DNA of 58,311 nt from a virus (lineage: Duplodnaviria > Caudoviricetes). Shown piece by piece: positions 36,037 to 45,828 of the stretch. The translations under genes and the position numbers were made by a program. The stretch is taken from positions 1-58,311 of the IMG/VR virus record IMGVR_UViG_3300045742_000023; one strand, written 5' to 3'. Below the pieces are notes generated by a model. That model was not told the origin of the DNA, did not search any database, and saw only the letters and a program-made list of their open reading frames with translations. The stretch's first letter is position 1. Every line of letters begins with the position of its first letter.

Positions 36037-36999
36037 ATGGCGGTTGATACAACACCTATTGATGTAGGTACAGTAGCTGGGGACGGAACAGGCGATCCAG
36101 CACGAGTTGGTGGTATTACCATCAACGATAACATAGCTAACCTAGATTCTGCTGTAGAGCTAATTCAAAGTGGTGGATGGACTCAGCAAAACACTAGCAC
36201 TAACATCTTCAAGGGAGTAAGCTATATTGCCGATTCTCATGCAGGTATTACTTATACATTACCTGCTGTAGACGGATCGTATTACGCAGATTCTGTAAAT
36301 GATATCCTAGTAATCAATACGGATACCAATAGTAGTATTGATATAGACCCTGATGGCACAGAGGAGATGTACGTCAACGGAGCTAGTTTAGGAGCTGGAG
36401 TAGCTTATTCCCTTGCCCCCGGATTTGGTTGTATTTTGCTAGAGAATCTAGCGGGTACAGGGTGGCACGTACTTCCACTTCAGATGCTTGGGGCCAGTCT
36501 TGAGAACAATGAAGACATCGGCGATGCCACTCCAACAGCTGGTAATGTCTTAGTAGCTGATGGTACCGATTGGGATAGCTCTTCTAAAGAAGACGCTGAT
36601 ATCGTAGAAAGATCAGTACCTGCTCTGGAGAGTACTCCGTATGTAATTCATGAGAGCCTAGGTGCCAGAGCCTCAGGAACAGAAACTATTGACTGTGCTA
36701 CCCAGCCCAGTACTTACCTACGAATTACTGGTAACAATGTAACTATACACCTAGACACTCCCGCGCTTAGTTTGCCTGTAAGAGGCTTGAGCGAGGTAAT
36801 GTTGTCTGGATACGTTATGGTAAAAACATCAGGTAACTACAGTGGATTAACTGTAACTACAGATGCAGGATCGAAGTTAGGTACATTCCCTAAAGGCACA
36901 GCACCTTCAACTACTAACGAGTGGGCCATCTTAGCGTGGCGCTGGTTTGATGACGGTACTGATGACTTCATGTGGGCTGAGTGGGTTAACGATCAATAA
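36037..36999 (+). CDS. Tail fibre-like protein
   Basis: N-terminal IDVGTVAGDGTGDPAR...INDN motif. Confidence 0.65.
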   Translation: MAVDTTPIDVGTVAGDGTGDPARVGGITINDNIANLDSAVELIQSGGWTQQNTSTNIFKGVSYIADSHAGITYTLPAVDGSYYADSVNDILVINTDTNSSIDIDPDGTEEMYVNGASLGAGVAYSLAPGFGCILLENLAGTGWHVLPLQMLGASLENNEDIGDATPTAGNVLVADGTDWDSSSKEDADIVERSVPALESTPYVIHESLGARASGTETIDCATQPSTYLRITGNNVTIHLDTPALSLPVRGLSEVMLSGYVMVKTSGNYSGLTVTTDAGSKLGTFPKGTAPSTTNEWAILAWRWFDDGTDDFMWAEWVNDQ

Positions 37000-37541
37000 T
37001 GGCTGCATCAGTTAGCACTGCTTACAGAGTACCGGGAACTGTTGCTCAATCGGCAGCAGGCTCCTCTTACTCTTGGACTGATCTTACCAAGATACTTAAT
37101 ACTACAGTATCCTCTGGGGGAGCGTACTGCACGTTTCCCGGAGCAGCCACGCCAGAGAAATCCTATATCATAGAGATATCTGACCTAGGCCACGATGCTG
37201 ATATTCCTTCTGACGCTGTTATCGAGCAGTTTAATATACTGTTTAGATCGAGTGGGCATGGTACGTTGTACCTTAACTTAACCTCAGATGCTGATCTGGA
37301 TAGCAGCGGTACCACCCTGTCGTTTACATGGGGGCAGAAGGGAGCTTCTATAACACCAGCCCAATCAGGAGTCACTAATACTCAAGCTAGGGATATTGCT
37401 AAAGATGTAGGCTCAACTAAACTTACTATGTTGCTCACTGGACAGATAGCAGACTCTCCAGAGATAATGCAGCTACAGACAAGAGTTACCTACAGATTAC
37501 CCGGCAATCCCTACACAGTATGTATAGGCGCATTTGCATAA
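36999..37541 (+). CDS. Virion structural protein
   Basis: 180 aa, Ser/Thr/Gly beta-rich; resembles jelly-roll segments. Confidence 0.5.
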   Translation: MAASVSTAYRVPGTVAQSAAGSSYSWTDLTKILNTTVSSGGAYCTFPGAATPEKSYIIEISDLGHDADIPSDAVIEQFNILFRSSGHGTLYLNLTSDADLDSSGTTLSFTWGQKGASITPAQSGVTNTQARDIAKDVGSTKLTMLLTGQIADSPEIMQLQTRVTYRLPGNPYTVCIGAFA

Positions 37542-37544
37542 CAT

Positions 37545-37967
37545 ATGAAATCAGAAACTATTATAGCGGAGCTTGACCTACGACCTACTTGCTGGCGCAA
37601 GGAAACTCTTATGCTGTACGGAGAGGGGGCATCAGACAGGGAGGTTATGCAGGAACTAGACCTGACACCTTCTCGGTGGAAGGTTTTGATGGATGACATT
37701 AACTGTGACTTCCCTGAGTTAGTGGAGTTAGGTAGAGCTAGGAGTCAGGCATGGTGGGAGCGTCAGGGACGAGTACACCTACAGAACAATAAGTTTAACG
37801 CCTCCCTATGGACGATTCAAATGAAGAATCGTTTCGGGTGGTCAGAGAAATCGGAGCAGTCTCTCACGAACGTCGAGTTCCGTAACATGGACGACGCTTC
37901 CCTTGATGAGCAGATAGCAGCATTGGATAAGGCACTGCGTACGAAGAGACTACACTCCGTCAATTAA
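37545..37967 (+). CDS. terS: Terminase small subunit
   Basis: HTH, F.E.VELGR..SQAWWE, MKNRFGW; immediately upstream of TerL. Confidence 0.8.
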   Translation: MKSETIIAELDLRPTCWRKETLMLYGEGASDREVMQELDLTPSRWKVLMDDINCDFPELVELGRARSQAWWERQGRVHLQNNKFNASLWTIQMKNRFGWSEKSEQSLTNVEFRNMDDASLDEQIAALDKALRTKRLHSVN

Positions 37968-38051
37968 TGGGACTCCGTAGGGCCTGCCAGTCTTTGTGCT
38001 GGTACCTCCTTCCGGGCCTTGCGGACTCCCACCCATATGTAAGAAGGACTT

Positions 38052-38792
38052 ATGGCAAGCGTTAGTGACTATGACAATAAGCTAGCTTTGAAAGCAGCTT
38101 TAGAAGAGAAGATACGTCGGGAGGCGGAAGGAGGACATCTAAGGAAGTTCTTTCCCTTAGAGGGGCCTTTCAAGTACTCTAACTACCCTAAGCATATGAA
38201 GTTCTTTGGGCTAGGATCAGAGCACAGAGAACGTCTCTTGATGGCTGCTAACCGTGTAGGTAAGTCCGTAGCCGGTGGATTTGAACTAGCCTGCCATCTG
38301 ACTGGACAGTACCCTGTTTGGTGGGATGAGGTAGGTGGACGAAGGTTCAATCATCCCGTAGATGCGTGGGCTGCTGGTGATACCGGACAGACTACACGAG
38401 ATATCATACAGGATATTCTGCTAGGCTACCCGTCAGGTAGCTTGGGAACAGGGCTGATATCAGGTGATCTGATTATCAATCCTCGTAAACGCCCCGGTAT
38501 ACCCGATGCGTTTGATACAGTTAAGATCAAGCATAGCTCCGGTGGAGAGAGTATTCTAGGATTCAAGTCGTACGATCAGGGACGGCGCTCTTTCCAAGGT
38601 ACTGGTAAACACGTAATCTGGCTTGACGAGGAATGTCCAGCAGATGTTTACAACGAGTGCTTGATGCGTACTATGACCACTGGAGGTATGCAGTATGTTA
38701 CCTTCACCCCGCTTACAGGCATGACTCAATTCATCCAAGACTTCTTGAAGGGTGCTTATAGAGCAGCAATGGATGACGGGATGGTGATCTAA
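38052..38792 (+). CDS. terL: Terminase large subunit, N-terminal ATPase part (P22 gp2-like)
   Basis: AANRVGKS Walker A, FKSYDQGR, IWLDEE Walker B, TFTPLTG. Confidence 0.9.
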   Translation: MASVSDYDNKLALKAALEEKIRREAEGGHLRKFFPLEGPFKYSNYPKHMKFFGLGSEHRERLLMAANRVGKSVAGGFELACHLTGQYPVWWDEVGGRRFNHPVDAWAAGDTGQTTRDIIQDILLGYPSGSLGTGLISGDLIINPRKRPGIPDAFDTVKIKHSSGGESILGFKSYDQGRRSFQGTGKHVIWLDEECPADVYNECLMRTMTTGGMQYVTFTPLTGMTQFIQDFLKGAYRAAMDDGMVI

Positions 38793-39517
38793 TGAGTAAA
38801 GCAGTAGTCATGGCTGGTTGGGATGACGTACCTCACCTGACAGAAGATTCTAAGAAAGAGTTATTAGCTAGTACACCTGACTATCTTAAGGATAGTAGGT
38901 CAAAAGGAGTTCCAAGCCTAGGATCAGGTGCAGTATACCCAATACCCGAAGAGGATATTAAGTATACGCTAACAGAAATACCTGCTTACTTCCGTCGCTC
39001 GTACGGCATGGATGTTGGTTGGAACGCCACGGCAGTTGTGTTCGGTGCGTACGATGCCGACAATGATATAGCGTATATTTACGATGCCTATAAAAGAGGA
39101 AAAGCGGAGCCAGCAGTACATTCAGCTGCTATTAGAGCTAGGTACCCTCAAGGGTTTGTACTACCGGGTGCCATCGACCCAGCCTCAAAAGGAAGAGGCC
39201 AAAGAGACGGATCACAGCTCCTCCAATTATACCGAAGAGAAGGCCTTAGGTTAATTGAAGCAGAGAACGCTAGGGAAGCTGGTATCCACGAGGTACTAAG
39301 CAGGCTGTCAACAGGACGGATGAAGATAGCCCGTCACCTAGAAGATTTGTTTGACGAATACAGATTATATAGACGTAACGATAAGGGACGTATAGTAGAC
39401 GATCAGAACGATCACTTACTTGATGCTCTTAGATACTACGCAATGACGGGTATAAAGATAGCTAAGCCTGTCCACATAAGAAAGATTAAGGGCGGTACAG
39501 GCCGCCACTACTTCTAA
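38792..39517 (+). CDS. terL: Terminase large subunit, C-terminal part (lid + RNase H-like nuclease)
   Basis: WDDVPHL, GVPSLGSGAVY, GMDVGW, DHLLDALRY. Confidence 0.9.
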   Translation: MSKAVVMAGWDDVPHLTEDSKKELLASTPDYLKDSRSKGVPSLGSGAVYPIPEEDIKYTLTEIPAYFRRSYGMDVGWNATAVVFGAYDADNDIAYIYDAYKRGKAEPAVHSAAIRARYPQGFVLPGAIDPASKGRGQRDGSQLLQLYRREGLRLIEAENAREAGIHEVLSRLSTGRMKIARHLEDLFDEYRLYRRNDKGRIVDDQNDHLLDALRYYAMTGIKIAKPVHIRKIKGGTGRHYF

Positions 39518-39528
39518 GGAATCAAAAC

Positions 39529-41790
39529 ATGCAGGTTTACCAGCATTTAACACAGCCTGATAAGAGTACTAAAGAAGGTGCTCGTCTGGAATCTTTATTG
39601 ATTTCCTTAGGGCATTCCCTGTCCCAGAAATTCCATTCATATAAAACTGCACGTGCTGATAAAGAGAAAGAGTGGGTTGATGCAATCCATCAGTACGAAG
39701 GTCGATGGGATACAGAGGATAGAGATAAGATTGAGCAGGCCTTGGCTACGGGCAGTATGTCTGATCCAGTAGCGGTTAATATAACTAGACCTAAAACAAA
39801 CATCGCTATAGCTAAGATGAAGGATATCCAGTTTCCTACTGGAGGAGACTTTAACTTCTATCTTAGACCTGCTCCCTTAACGCCAGAACAAGCAGCTGCG
39901 TCGGCGATGGATAAACCCGATCCAACTATGCAGCTATCCGCTGCTCAAGCAGGTGTACCTCAATCACAGCTACCCTCACCAGCAGCTATGGTGCAGGAGA
40001 TCGAGAAAGCTAACGTAGAGACGTGCCCTAAGATGGAACGTAAGCTGCGTTCACGCATGATCTACGCTGACTACGGAAAGAAAGCCCGGCTAGCCATTGA
40101 AGATATGTGCATTAAAGGCTCAGCAGTAGTCAAAGGCCCTACCATTCAAAACCGCAAGTACCGTCGGTATGAGTCCAAGGAGACTCAAGACGGCTCTAAG
40201 GTACAAGTACTTCGTGAAAAGTTTTACCCAGAGCCTAATGTAGAACGAGTTGATCCTATTCTATTCTTCCCTGATCCTTCGGCTAGATTACCAGAAGAGA
40301 TTGAGGACGCATTCCAACTACACCCCAGCTCCAAGACAGAGCTTATTGAGCTGTCACGCAACCCAGCTTTTATGAGTGGTCAGATTGCTAAGGTTCTAGA
40401 ACAAGAACCTATGGGTAATGACATACCAGATATCATCGTACGTACGTCCAGAGAAAACTCTGGTAACAGCGTACACAATCGTTATTGGTTACGTGAGTAT
40501 CACGGCCCTCTCGACAAACAACTGCTGTTTGATGCAGGTATGATTGATGACGAGGATTTTGAAGATCATTTAAAGCAGTACACTGGAGAAGTGTGGTACT
40601 GTAACAACACCGTTATACGCCTTAGTATGTCTCACATTGACGGTGAAGACAGCTTACCTTATGGACTATCTGTTTGGGAGAAAGACCCTAACAGTGTGTT
40701 TGGTCACGGCGTACCTTACCTCCTTCGCCACCCGCAGCGTATCGTTAACAAGGCATACATCATGCTTCTGGAGAACGCTGCACTAACAGCAGGTCCTCAA
40801 GTTGTCTTGAACAAGGAGATGATTGAGCCTGCTGGCAGGGACAATGACTACACTATTGAGCCTCTAAAGGTTTGGTTCCTTACGGAGTACGGAGCTGACG
40901 TTAGACAAGCTATGCAGTTTGTAGATATTCCTGCCCAGATGGACGGTATAGCAAGTATCATAGATACTGCAATGCAGTTTGCTGATGTAGAATCTTCTAC
41001 GCCTATGATCCAACAGGGCGAGATGCCTGTAGGTAATAACACTACCACCGGACTAGCTATGGTTATGTCCGCCACTAACTTTATCCAGAAAGCAGCCTCA
41101 ATGAACTGGGATGATAACATCACCCGGCCCTTGGTACAACGGTTCTACCACTACGAGATGCAGTATGGTGAGGATGAGTCTGTTAAGGGCGACTACGAGG
41201 TTGAGGTTGGCGGAGCTACGGAACGGATCGAAGCACAGATGCGTGCGCAAGAGATCGAGCGTATGCTTGGATTGGCTGGCTCTAATCCTGAGTTCCAGAT
41301 GCATGTAGACGCAGGTAAAGCCTTCCGTGCCTTAGTAGATAACACCCGCACTGGAGACGTATTGCGAACTGTTGAGGAAGTCGAGCAGCTGAAAGCTGAG
41401 CAAGAAGCAGCAGCACAGCAGCAGCAGCAAAGTGATCCAGAGCTACTGAAAGCGCAGGCAGCTATGATTACCGCTGAATCTCGTCAACAGGAAGCAGCCG
41501 CTAGCGCACAGCTTAACAACGCTAAACAGCAGCTGGCTTCACTGGAAATGCAAACTAGATACCAAGGGCAGGTAGCAGAGGCGCAGTCTCGTCAGAACGA
41601 GGCTACCCTTACCTACCACTTAGGACTAGCTAAGATCGCAGCAGAGAAAGAGAAGAGCGTGATGTCCTTACAGAAGGATTTGGAACTTGCCGATATCACG
41701 GCTCATACACAGTTAAGCTTGAAGGAGATTGACTTTGCCCAGTTTGAACGAGAAGTTGAAGTTAAACACGAGTACGGTACAGGCGTATAA
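39529..41790 (+). CDS. Portal protein with long C-terminal helical barrel
   Basis: 753 aa after TerL; FFPDP, FGHGVP, C-terminal coiled coil (P22-like). Confidence 0.85.
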   Translation: MQVYQHLTQPDKSTKEGARLESLLISLGHSLSQKFHSYKTARADKEKEWVDAIHQYEGRWDTEDRDKIEQALATGSMSDPVAVNITRPKTNIAIAKMKDIQFPTGGDFNFYLRPAPLTPEQAAASAMDKPDPTMQLSAAQAGVPQSQLPSPAAMVQEIEKANVETCPKMERKLRSRMIYADYGKKARLAIEDMCIKGSAVVKGPTIQNRKYRRYESKETQDGSKVQVLREKFYPEPNVERVDPILFFPDPSARLPEEIEDAFQLHPSSKTELIELSRNPAFMSGQIAKVLEQEPMGNDIPDIIVRTSRENSGNSVHNRYWLREYHGPLDKQLLFDAGMIDDEDFEDHLKQYTGEVWYCNNTVIRLSMSHIDGEDSLPYGLSVWEKDPNSVFGHGVPYLLRHPQRIVNKAYIMLLENAALTAGPQVVLNKEMIEPAGRDNDYTIEPLKVWFLTEYGADVRQAMQFVDIPAQMDGIASIIDTAMQFADVESSTPMIQQGEMPVGNNTTTGLAMVMSATNFIQKAASMNWDDNITRPLVQRFYHYEMQYGEDESVKGDYEVEVGGATERIEAQMRAQEIERMLGLAGSNPEFQMHVDAGKAFRALVDNTRTGDVLRTVEEVEQLKAEQEAAAQQQQQSDPELLKAQAAMITAESRQQEAAASAQLNNAKQQLASLEMQTRYQGQVAEAQSRQNEATLTYHLGLAKIAAEKEKSVMSLQKDLELADITAHTQLSLKEIDFAQFEREVEVKHEYGTGV

Positions 41791-41983
41791 CGTCAGCGAC
41801 GTACTGGTACAGATCGAAGAAGCGTTCGATACGTTTCAAGATAATGCAGTTAAGCAGTTAGCAACACGTAATGTCGAGCTAACTGAAATGGAGTTGTTTG
41901 CAATCCGTGGGAGGCTACAAGCCGCACACCAGTTGATTACAACTCTTCGTACCCGCCTCGGTTATACAATCGAGGGAAGCTAA
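41729..41983 (+). CDS. Small head-assembly hypothetical protein
   Basis: IRGRLQA motif, between portal and scaffold; start uncertain. Confidence 0.5.
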   Translation: MTLPSLNEKLKLNTSTVQAYNVSDVLVQIEEAFDTFQDNAVKQLATRNVELTEMELFAIRGRLQAAHQLITTLRTRLGYTIEGS

Positions 41984-42027
41984 GGTGACGCTCTAAGAGC
42001 CTTGCCATCTACGGAGGAGACGTAGTA

Positions 42028-43050
42028 ATGACAGACCCATTAAACAAAGAAGAAGGTGTGGTAGACTCAACGGAAGAAGAACTGGATAATTGGTTCGAAG
42101 AAACTGACGAGGAAGACCAAGCGGCATCAGGACAACCGGACGAAGAAGAGAATAGCTCCTCGGACACCGACGGTAATAATGACCCCGCTACGAAAGTCCA
42201 GACGGAGGACGCTGCGCAAGCAGCCTCTAAAGATGGCAACTCAGCAAGTACACCGGCAGAGGATGACCCGTATAAATGGGTTAATGAGCTTGATCCCACT
42301 GTCCGTGAACAAGCAGAGCGATTGGTGCAACGTGACCGATCACAACGAGGTAGAGTCGCAGCTTTACAGTCCCGACTCGACAAACTGACGGCAGAGCAGG
42401 AAGCTGCTGCACGTCTAGCATCTACACCCGCCGCCCATAAAGCCGTTGGTAAAGATACAAAAATAGAAGATATGGATGATGCGGAGCTTAAAGAGTTCCT
42501 TGAAGAGTATCCTACTCTAGCTAAGAACGTAGAAAAGATCATAGATCAACGTGTAGCTAAAGAAAGAGACGACCTCCTCAAAGAGGTTACTCCATTGAAA
42601 CAACGAGCACTCTCCGATGAGATTTCACATAATCGTGAAGCTCTCCGACGAGAAGCCCATCAAATCTTCAATACAGCTGAAACAGGTTTGGAACTAGAGG
42701 ACGTGCTGCAAAGCCCCGTCTTTGGTGACTGGCTTTCTAAACAAGCAAAAGGCTACCAGACATACGCTCGTAAAGCTACGTCTGTAGACGATGCTGCCAA
42801 GGTACTCACCGATTTCGCTCAATGGGCGGATCAACAGGTGTATAGCCAATGGCTAGCAGAGCAAGAAGCCCAAGGTGGCGTTGGTGCAGGCAAGGCCCCT
42901 AACTCTGATCCTACTGCTGATAATGTTAAGGCCCGACGTAACGCAGCCTTGTCAGGAAGTGCTCCTAAATCTCGCAGTGCTGAGTTGAATAAGACTCAGG
43001 ACGTAGGAGACTATGAAGCCTTCTTTAATGAAGCTGTGGCATCGGGATAA
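42028..43050 (+). CDS. Capsid scaffolding protein
   Basis: Acidic, coiled-coil, directly upstream of MCP. Confidence 0.75.
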   Translation: MTDPLNKEEGVVDSTEEELDNWFEETDEEDQAASGQPDEEENSSSDTDGNNDPATKVQTEDAAQAASKDGNSASTPAEDDPYKWVNELDPTVREQAERLVQRDRSQRGRVAALQSRLDKLTAEQEAAARLASTPAAHKAVGKDTKIEDMDDAELKEFLEEYPTLAKNVEKIIDQRVAKERDDLLKEVTPLKQRALSDEISHNREALRREAHQIFNTAETGLELEDVLQSPVFGDWLSKQAKGYQTYARKATSVDDAAKVLTDFAQWADQQVYSQWLAEQEAQGGVGAGKAPNSDPTADNVKARRNAALSGSAPKSRSAELNKTQDVGDYEAFFNEAVASG

Positions 43051-43079
43051 CTTTTAATCCCATATAGGAGTAGTACATA

Positions 43080-44081
43080 ATGTCTACTAAACACGGGGAC
43101 ATCAGCCAGCGTACGGCAGCTTATGCGGAAAAGACCATGCTTGAGCACGCCGAACCCATCCTTGTTTTGGAGAAGTTCGCGCAGACCAAGCCAATTCCGA
43201 AGAACACCGCAGATAATGTGAAGTTCCGCCGTCCGATCCCTTACAATGTGTCAACTACCCAGCTGGTAGAGGGTGTGACACCTATTCCCAAGCAGATTCA
43301 GTACGAAGATGTATCTGTTACGCTTGGTCAATACGGCGATGTTATCGGCATCACTGACAAGGTACATGACCTTGCAGAGGACCCGGTACTGAAAGATGCG
43401 GCTATGCTAGCCGGTGAACAGGCAGCTGAGACGAAAGAATTGATCGTCTGGGGTGCTCTGAAAGCTGGTACTAACGTAGCTTATTCTGGTACTGGTACCC
43501 CCGCTGCACGTACCGACGTTAATGACGTAATCACGGTTCCTTTGTTGAGGGCAGCTACTCGCAGCCTGAAATCACAGCGCGCCAAACCGATTACTCAGAT
43601 GCTGTCACCATCGCCTAAGTACGCTACAGAAGCTGTAGCTCCTTCGTGGGTTGCGTTCTCGCACACCGACGTAGAGCAGGATATCCGTGACCTCTCCAAT
43701 TTTGTTCCGGTAGAGAGTTATGGTACCTATCAGCCTTTGTGTCCGCAGGAAGTAGGTAAGCACGAGCAGATGCGTTTTATCATCTCGCCCGTACTTGCTC
43801 CTTTTGCAGGCGCAGGTAGTGGTACTGCTAACGGTTGCGTGACCACTGGTGGTAACGTAGACGTATACCCAGTCGTAATTGTTTCTAAAAACTCTTACGG
43901 CGTAGTTCCTTTGAAAGGTGCTAACTCAATGAGTCCTACGGTTATTAACCCGGACCGCATCGAGAAGACCGACCCACTGGGACAGCGGGGTTACGTTGGC
44001 TGGAAGATGTACTTTGCAGCTACCATCCTTAACGAAGCTTGGGTGCAGCGCATCGAAGTTGGCGTTACTGACCTTAGCTAA
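43080..44081 (+). CDS. Major capsid protein (N4-gp56 family)
   Basis: LEKFAQTKPIPKN, VKFRR, LVEGVTP, LGQYG, DPLGQRGYVGWK. Confidence 0.9.
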   Translation: MSTKHGDISQRTAAYAEKTMLEHAEPILVLEKFAQTKPIPKNTADNVKFRRPIPYNVSTTQLVEGVTPIPKQIQYEDVSVTLGQYGDVIGITDKVHDLAEDPVLKDAAMLAGEQAAETKELIVWGALKAGTNVAYSGTGTPAARTDVNDVITVPLLRAATRSLKSQRAKPITQMLSPSPKYATEAVAPSWVAFSHTDVEQDIRDLSNFVPVESYGTYQPLCPQEVGKHEQMRFIISPVLAPFAGAGSGTANGCVTTGGNVDVYPVVIVSKNSYGVVPLKGANSMSPTVINPDRIEKTDPLGQRGYVGWKMYFAATILNEAWVQRIEVGVTDLS

Positions 44082-44097
44082 TCGGGAGATATAAATC

Positions 44098-44556
44098 ATG
44101 AGTAATGTATCACATGGTAAATATGCTACCGCTAGCTGGCAGGGTAACTACGATACCTTTAAATGCGGTCCTGAGGACGGTATTAGGTATGTAGGATTTA
44201 CCTTGGACATCGGGACTGATAACCTTGGTGCTGGAGACGTGTGGAAGTTTGTACGTCTGGACTCAGATACCGTCGTATTGGGGGCTACCCTAATCGTCGA
44301 TGATCTGGACTCAGACGGCTCTGCCGCAGTCACCATTGACCTTGGCTATGACCTCGATAGTGGGACCGATGACGATGATTACTTCTTGGCTAATAGTACT
44401 ATTGGTCAAGCAGGCGGATCAGCAACTTCTGCTGCTGCTCCACTCTTCGCAACGGCTGACTATGTTGTTCAGGCTAAAGTAGAAACTGCTGCTGCTACAG
44501 CACAGGCTGGTACGGCAACGTGCTACCTGACGCTGGCGAATAAAAACGCGCAGTAA
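44098..44556 (+). CDS. Capsid decoration/cement protein
   Basis: Beta-rich, DDLDS...IDLG, follows MCP before terminator. Confidence 0.6.
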   Translation: MSNVSHGKYATASWQGNYDTFKCGPEDGIRYVGFTLDIGTDNLGAGDVWKFVRLDSDTVVLGATLIVDDLDSDGSAAVTIDLGYDLDSGTDDDDYFLANSTIGQAGGSATSAAAPLFATADYVVQAKVETAAATAQAGTATCYLTLANKNAQ

Positions 44557-44566
44557 GCATTGGACT

Positions 44567-44599
44567 GGAGCGAGGGTCTTACGGGACCCTCCTCCTTTT
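44567..44599 (+). terminator. Terminator after capsid genes
   Basis: GGAGCGAGGGTC-TTACGG-GACCCTCCTCC-TTTT. Confidence 0.7.
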
Positions 44600-44622
44600 A
44601 ATACAATAACAGGAGAATTACT

Positions 44623-45108
44623 ATGGCAGATGAGGCCATTCACACTACAGGTGACAGAGTTCTCTCTAAAAAGACCCTCGATAAGATGGACAAACCAGAG
44701 CTGGTAGCAATTGGACAGCAATGGTATGGTCTGCGTATTCCTATTGAGACTATTAAGAGAGATATGATTGACATATTGCTGAATGCAGCAATTAAGTTTA
44801 AGGGTAACGCTGAGATGCGTGTTGTACCCGAAGACGCAAAGGTAGAAGTTCCTAAAGGCTACGTTAAGATTAAGGTACAGCCGGGGGAACATAACCCTAG
44901 GAAACGGCCTATCATTGTAGGCATGAACTTTAAGTTGGCTAGTATCCCAGTTAACCAAGCTGTGATTATGGAAGGTAAATGGTTGCCTTGCCTTGAAGAT
45001 GCTATTGAAGTTAAGTACTTCGAAGGCGTTGACGAAGACGGTAAGCATACACTAGACTGGTCAGATCAGCCTAAGTACCCTTACAGCATCTTGGTTGATA
45101 ACCGCTAA
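44623..45108 (+). CDS. Hypothetical virion-module protein
   Basis: 161 aa, AGGAG RBS. Confidence 0.65.
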   Translation: MADEAIHTTGDRVLSKKTLDKMDKPELVAIGQQWYGLRIPIETIKRDMIDILLNAAIKFKGNAEMRVVPEDAKVEVPKGYVKIKVQPGEHNPRKRPIIVGMNFKLASIPVNQAVIMEGKWLPCLEDAIEVKYFEGVDEDGKHTLDWSDQPKYPYSILVDNR

Positions 45109-45123
45109 TATAGGATCAGTGGT

Positions 45124-45810
45124 ATGACGTATCTAGAATTAGTGCAGAAAGCTATGGAGAAGTCTGGCATTAGATCAGCTAGTCCTACCTCAGTGGTAGG
45201 CGCAGTTGACATTAGTAAAGACTTCGTTAATTGGGTAGCTGATGCATGGCGTGAGTTGCAGGAGGAGTCTACTAACTGGTTCTTTAGACAAAGACTGGAT
45301 CAGACATTAGCTATTACAGCTTCTGTAGACGCATACGCTATGCCTGATGATCTAGAGACGTTAAACTACCGTACTATTACTATATACACTACAGCCAAGC
45401 AGGATGAGACGCCTGTTACGCTTATGCCTTACGAGACTTGGCGGGTACAAAAAGACACGCTGGAATCAGCCGAGGGTAGACCGTGTTATATAACGGAACG
45501 CCCTGATGGATCATTGCAGTTGTGGCCTGTACCCGACCAAGCATACACGTTACGGTATGATGGTGTGTGGGATATAGATGAGATGCTGTTGGATAGTGAT
45601 ACTCCCGGCTCTAACAGGACCGGGGGTACCACCCTACCCGAACGCTATCAGTGGTTACTGGTATACGATGCCGTGCGTAGGCACTACGAGCATCATGAGG
45701 ATACAGAAGGTGTAAGGAAAGCTAATCCTAAGTACCTAGCACAACGAGCTAGGTTATCAGAGAAGCAAACACCGCCTATCACTATAAAGAAAAGCTCTTT
45801 AACTCATTAA
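45124..45810 (+). CDS. Head-tail adaptor (tail tubular protein A-like)
   Basis: MTYLELV, W.F, GRP.Y, LWPVPD..Y, LPERY. Confidence 0.75.
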   Translation: MTYLELVQKAMEKSGIRSASPTSVVGAVDISKDFVNWVADAWRELQEESTNWFFRQRLDQTLAITASVDAYAMPDDLETLNYRTITIYTTAKQDETPVTLMPYETWRVQKDTLESAEGRPCYITERPDGSLQLWPVPDQAYTLRYDGVWDIDEMLLDSDTPGSNRTGGTTLPERYQWLLVYDAVRRHYEHHEDTEGVRKANPKYLAQRARLSEKQTPPITIKKSSLTH

Positions 45811-45828
45811 GCTAAGGATTACTAATAA

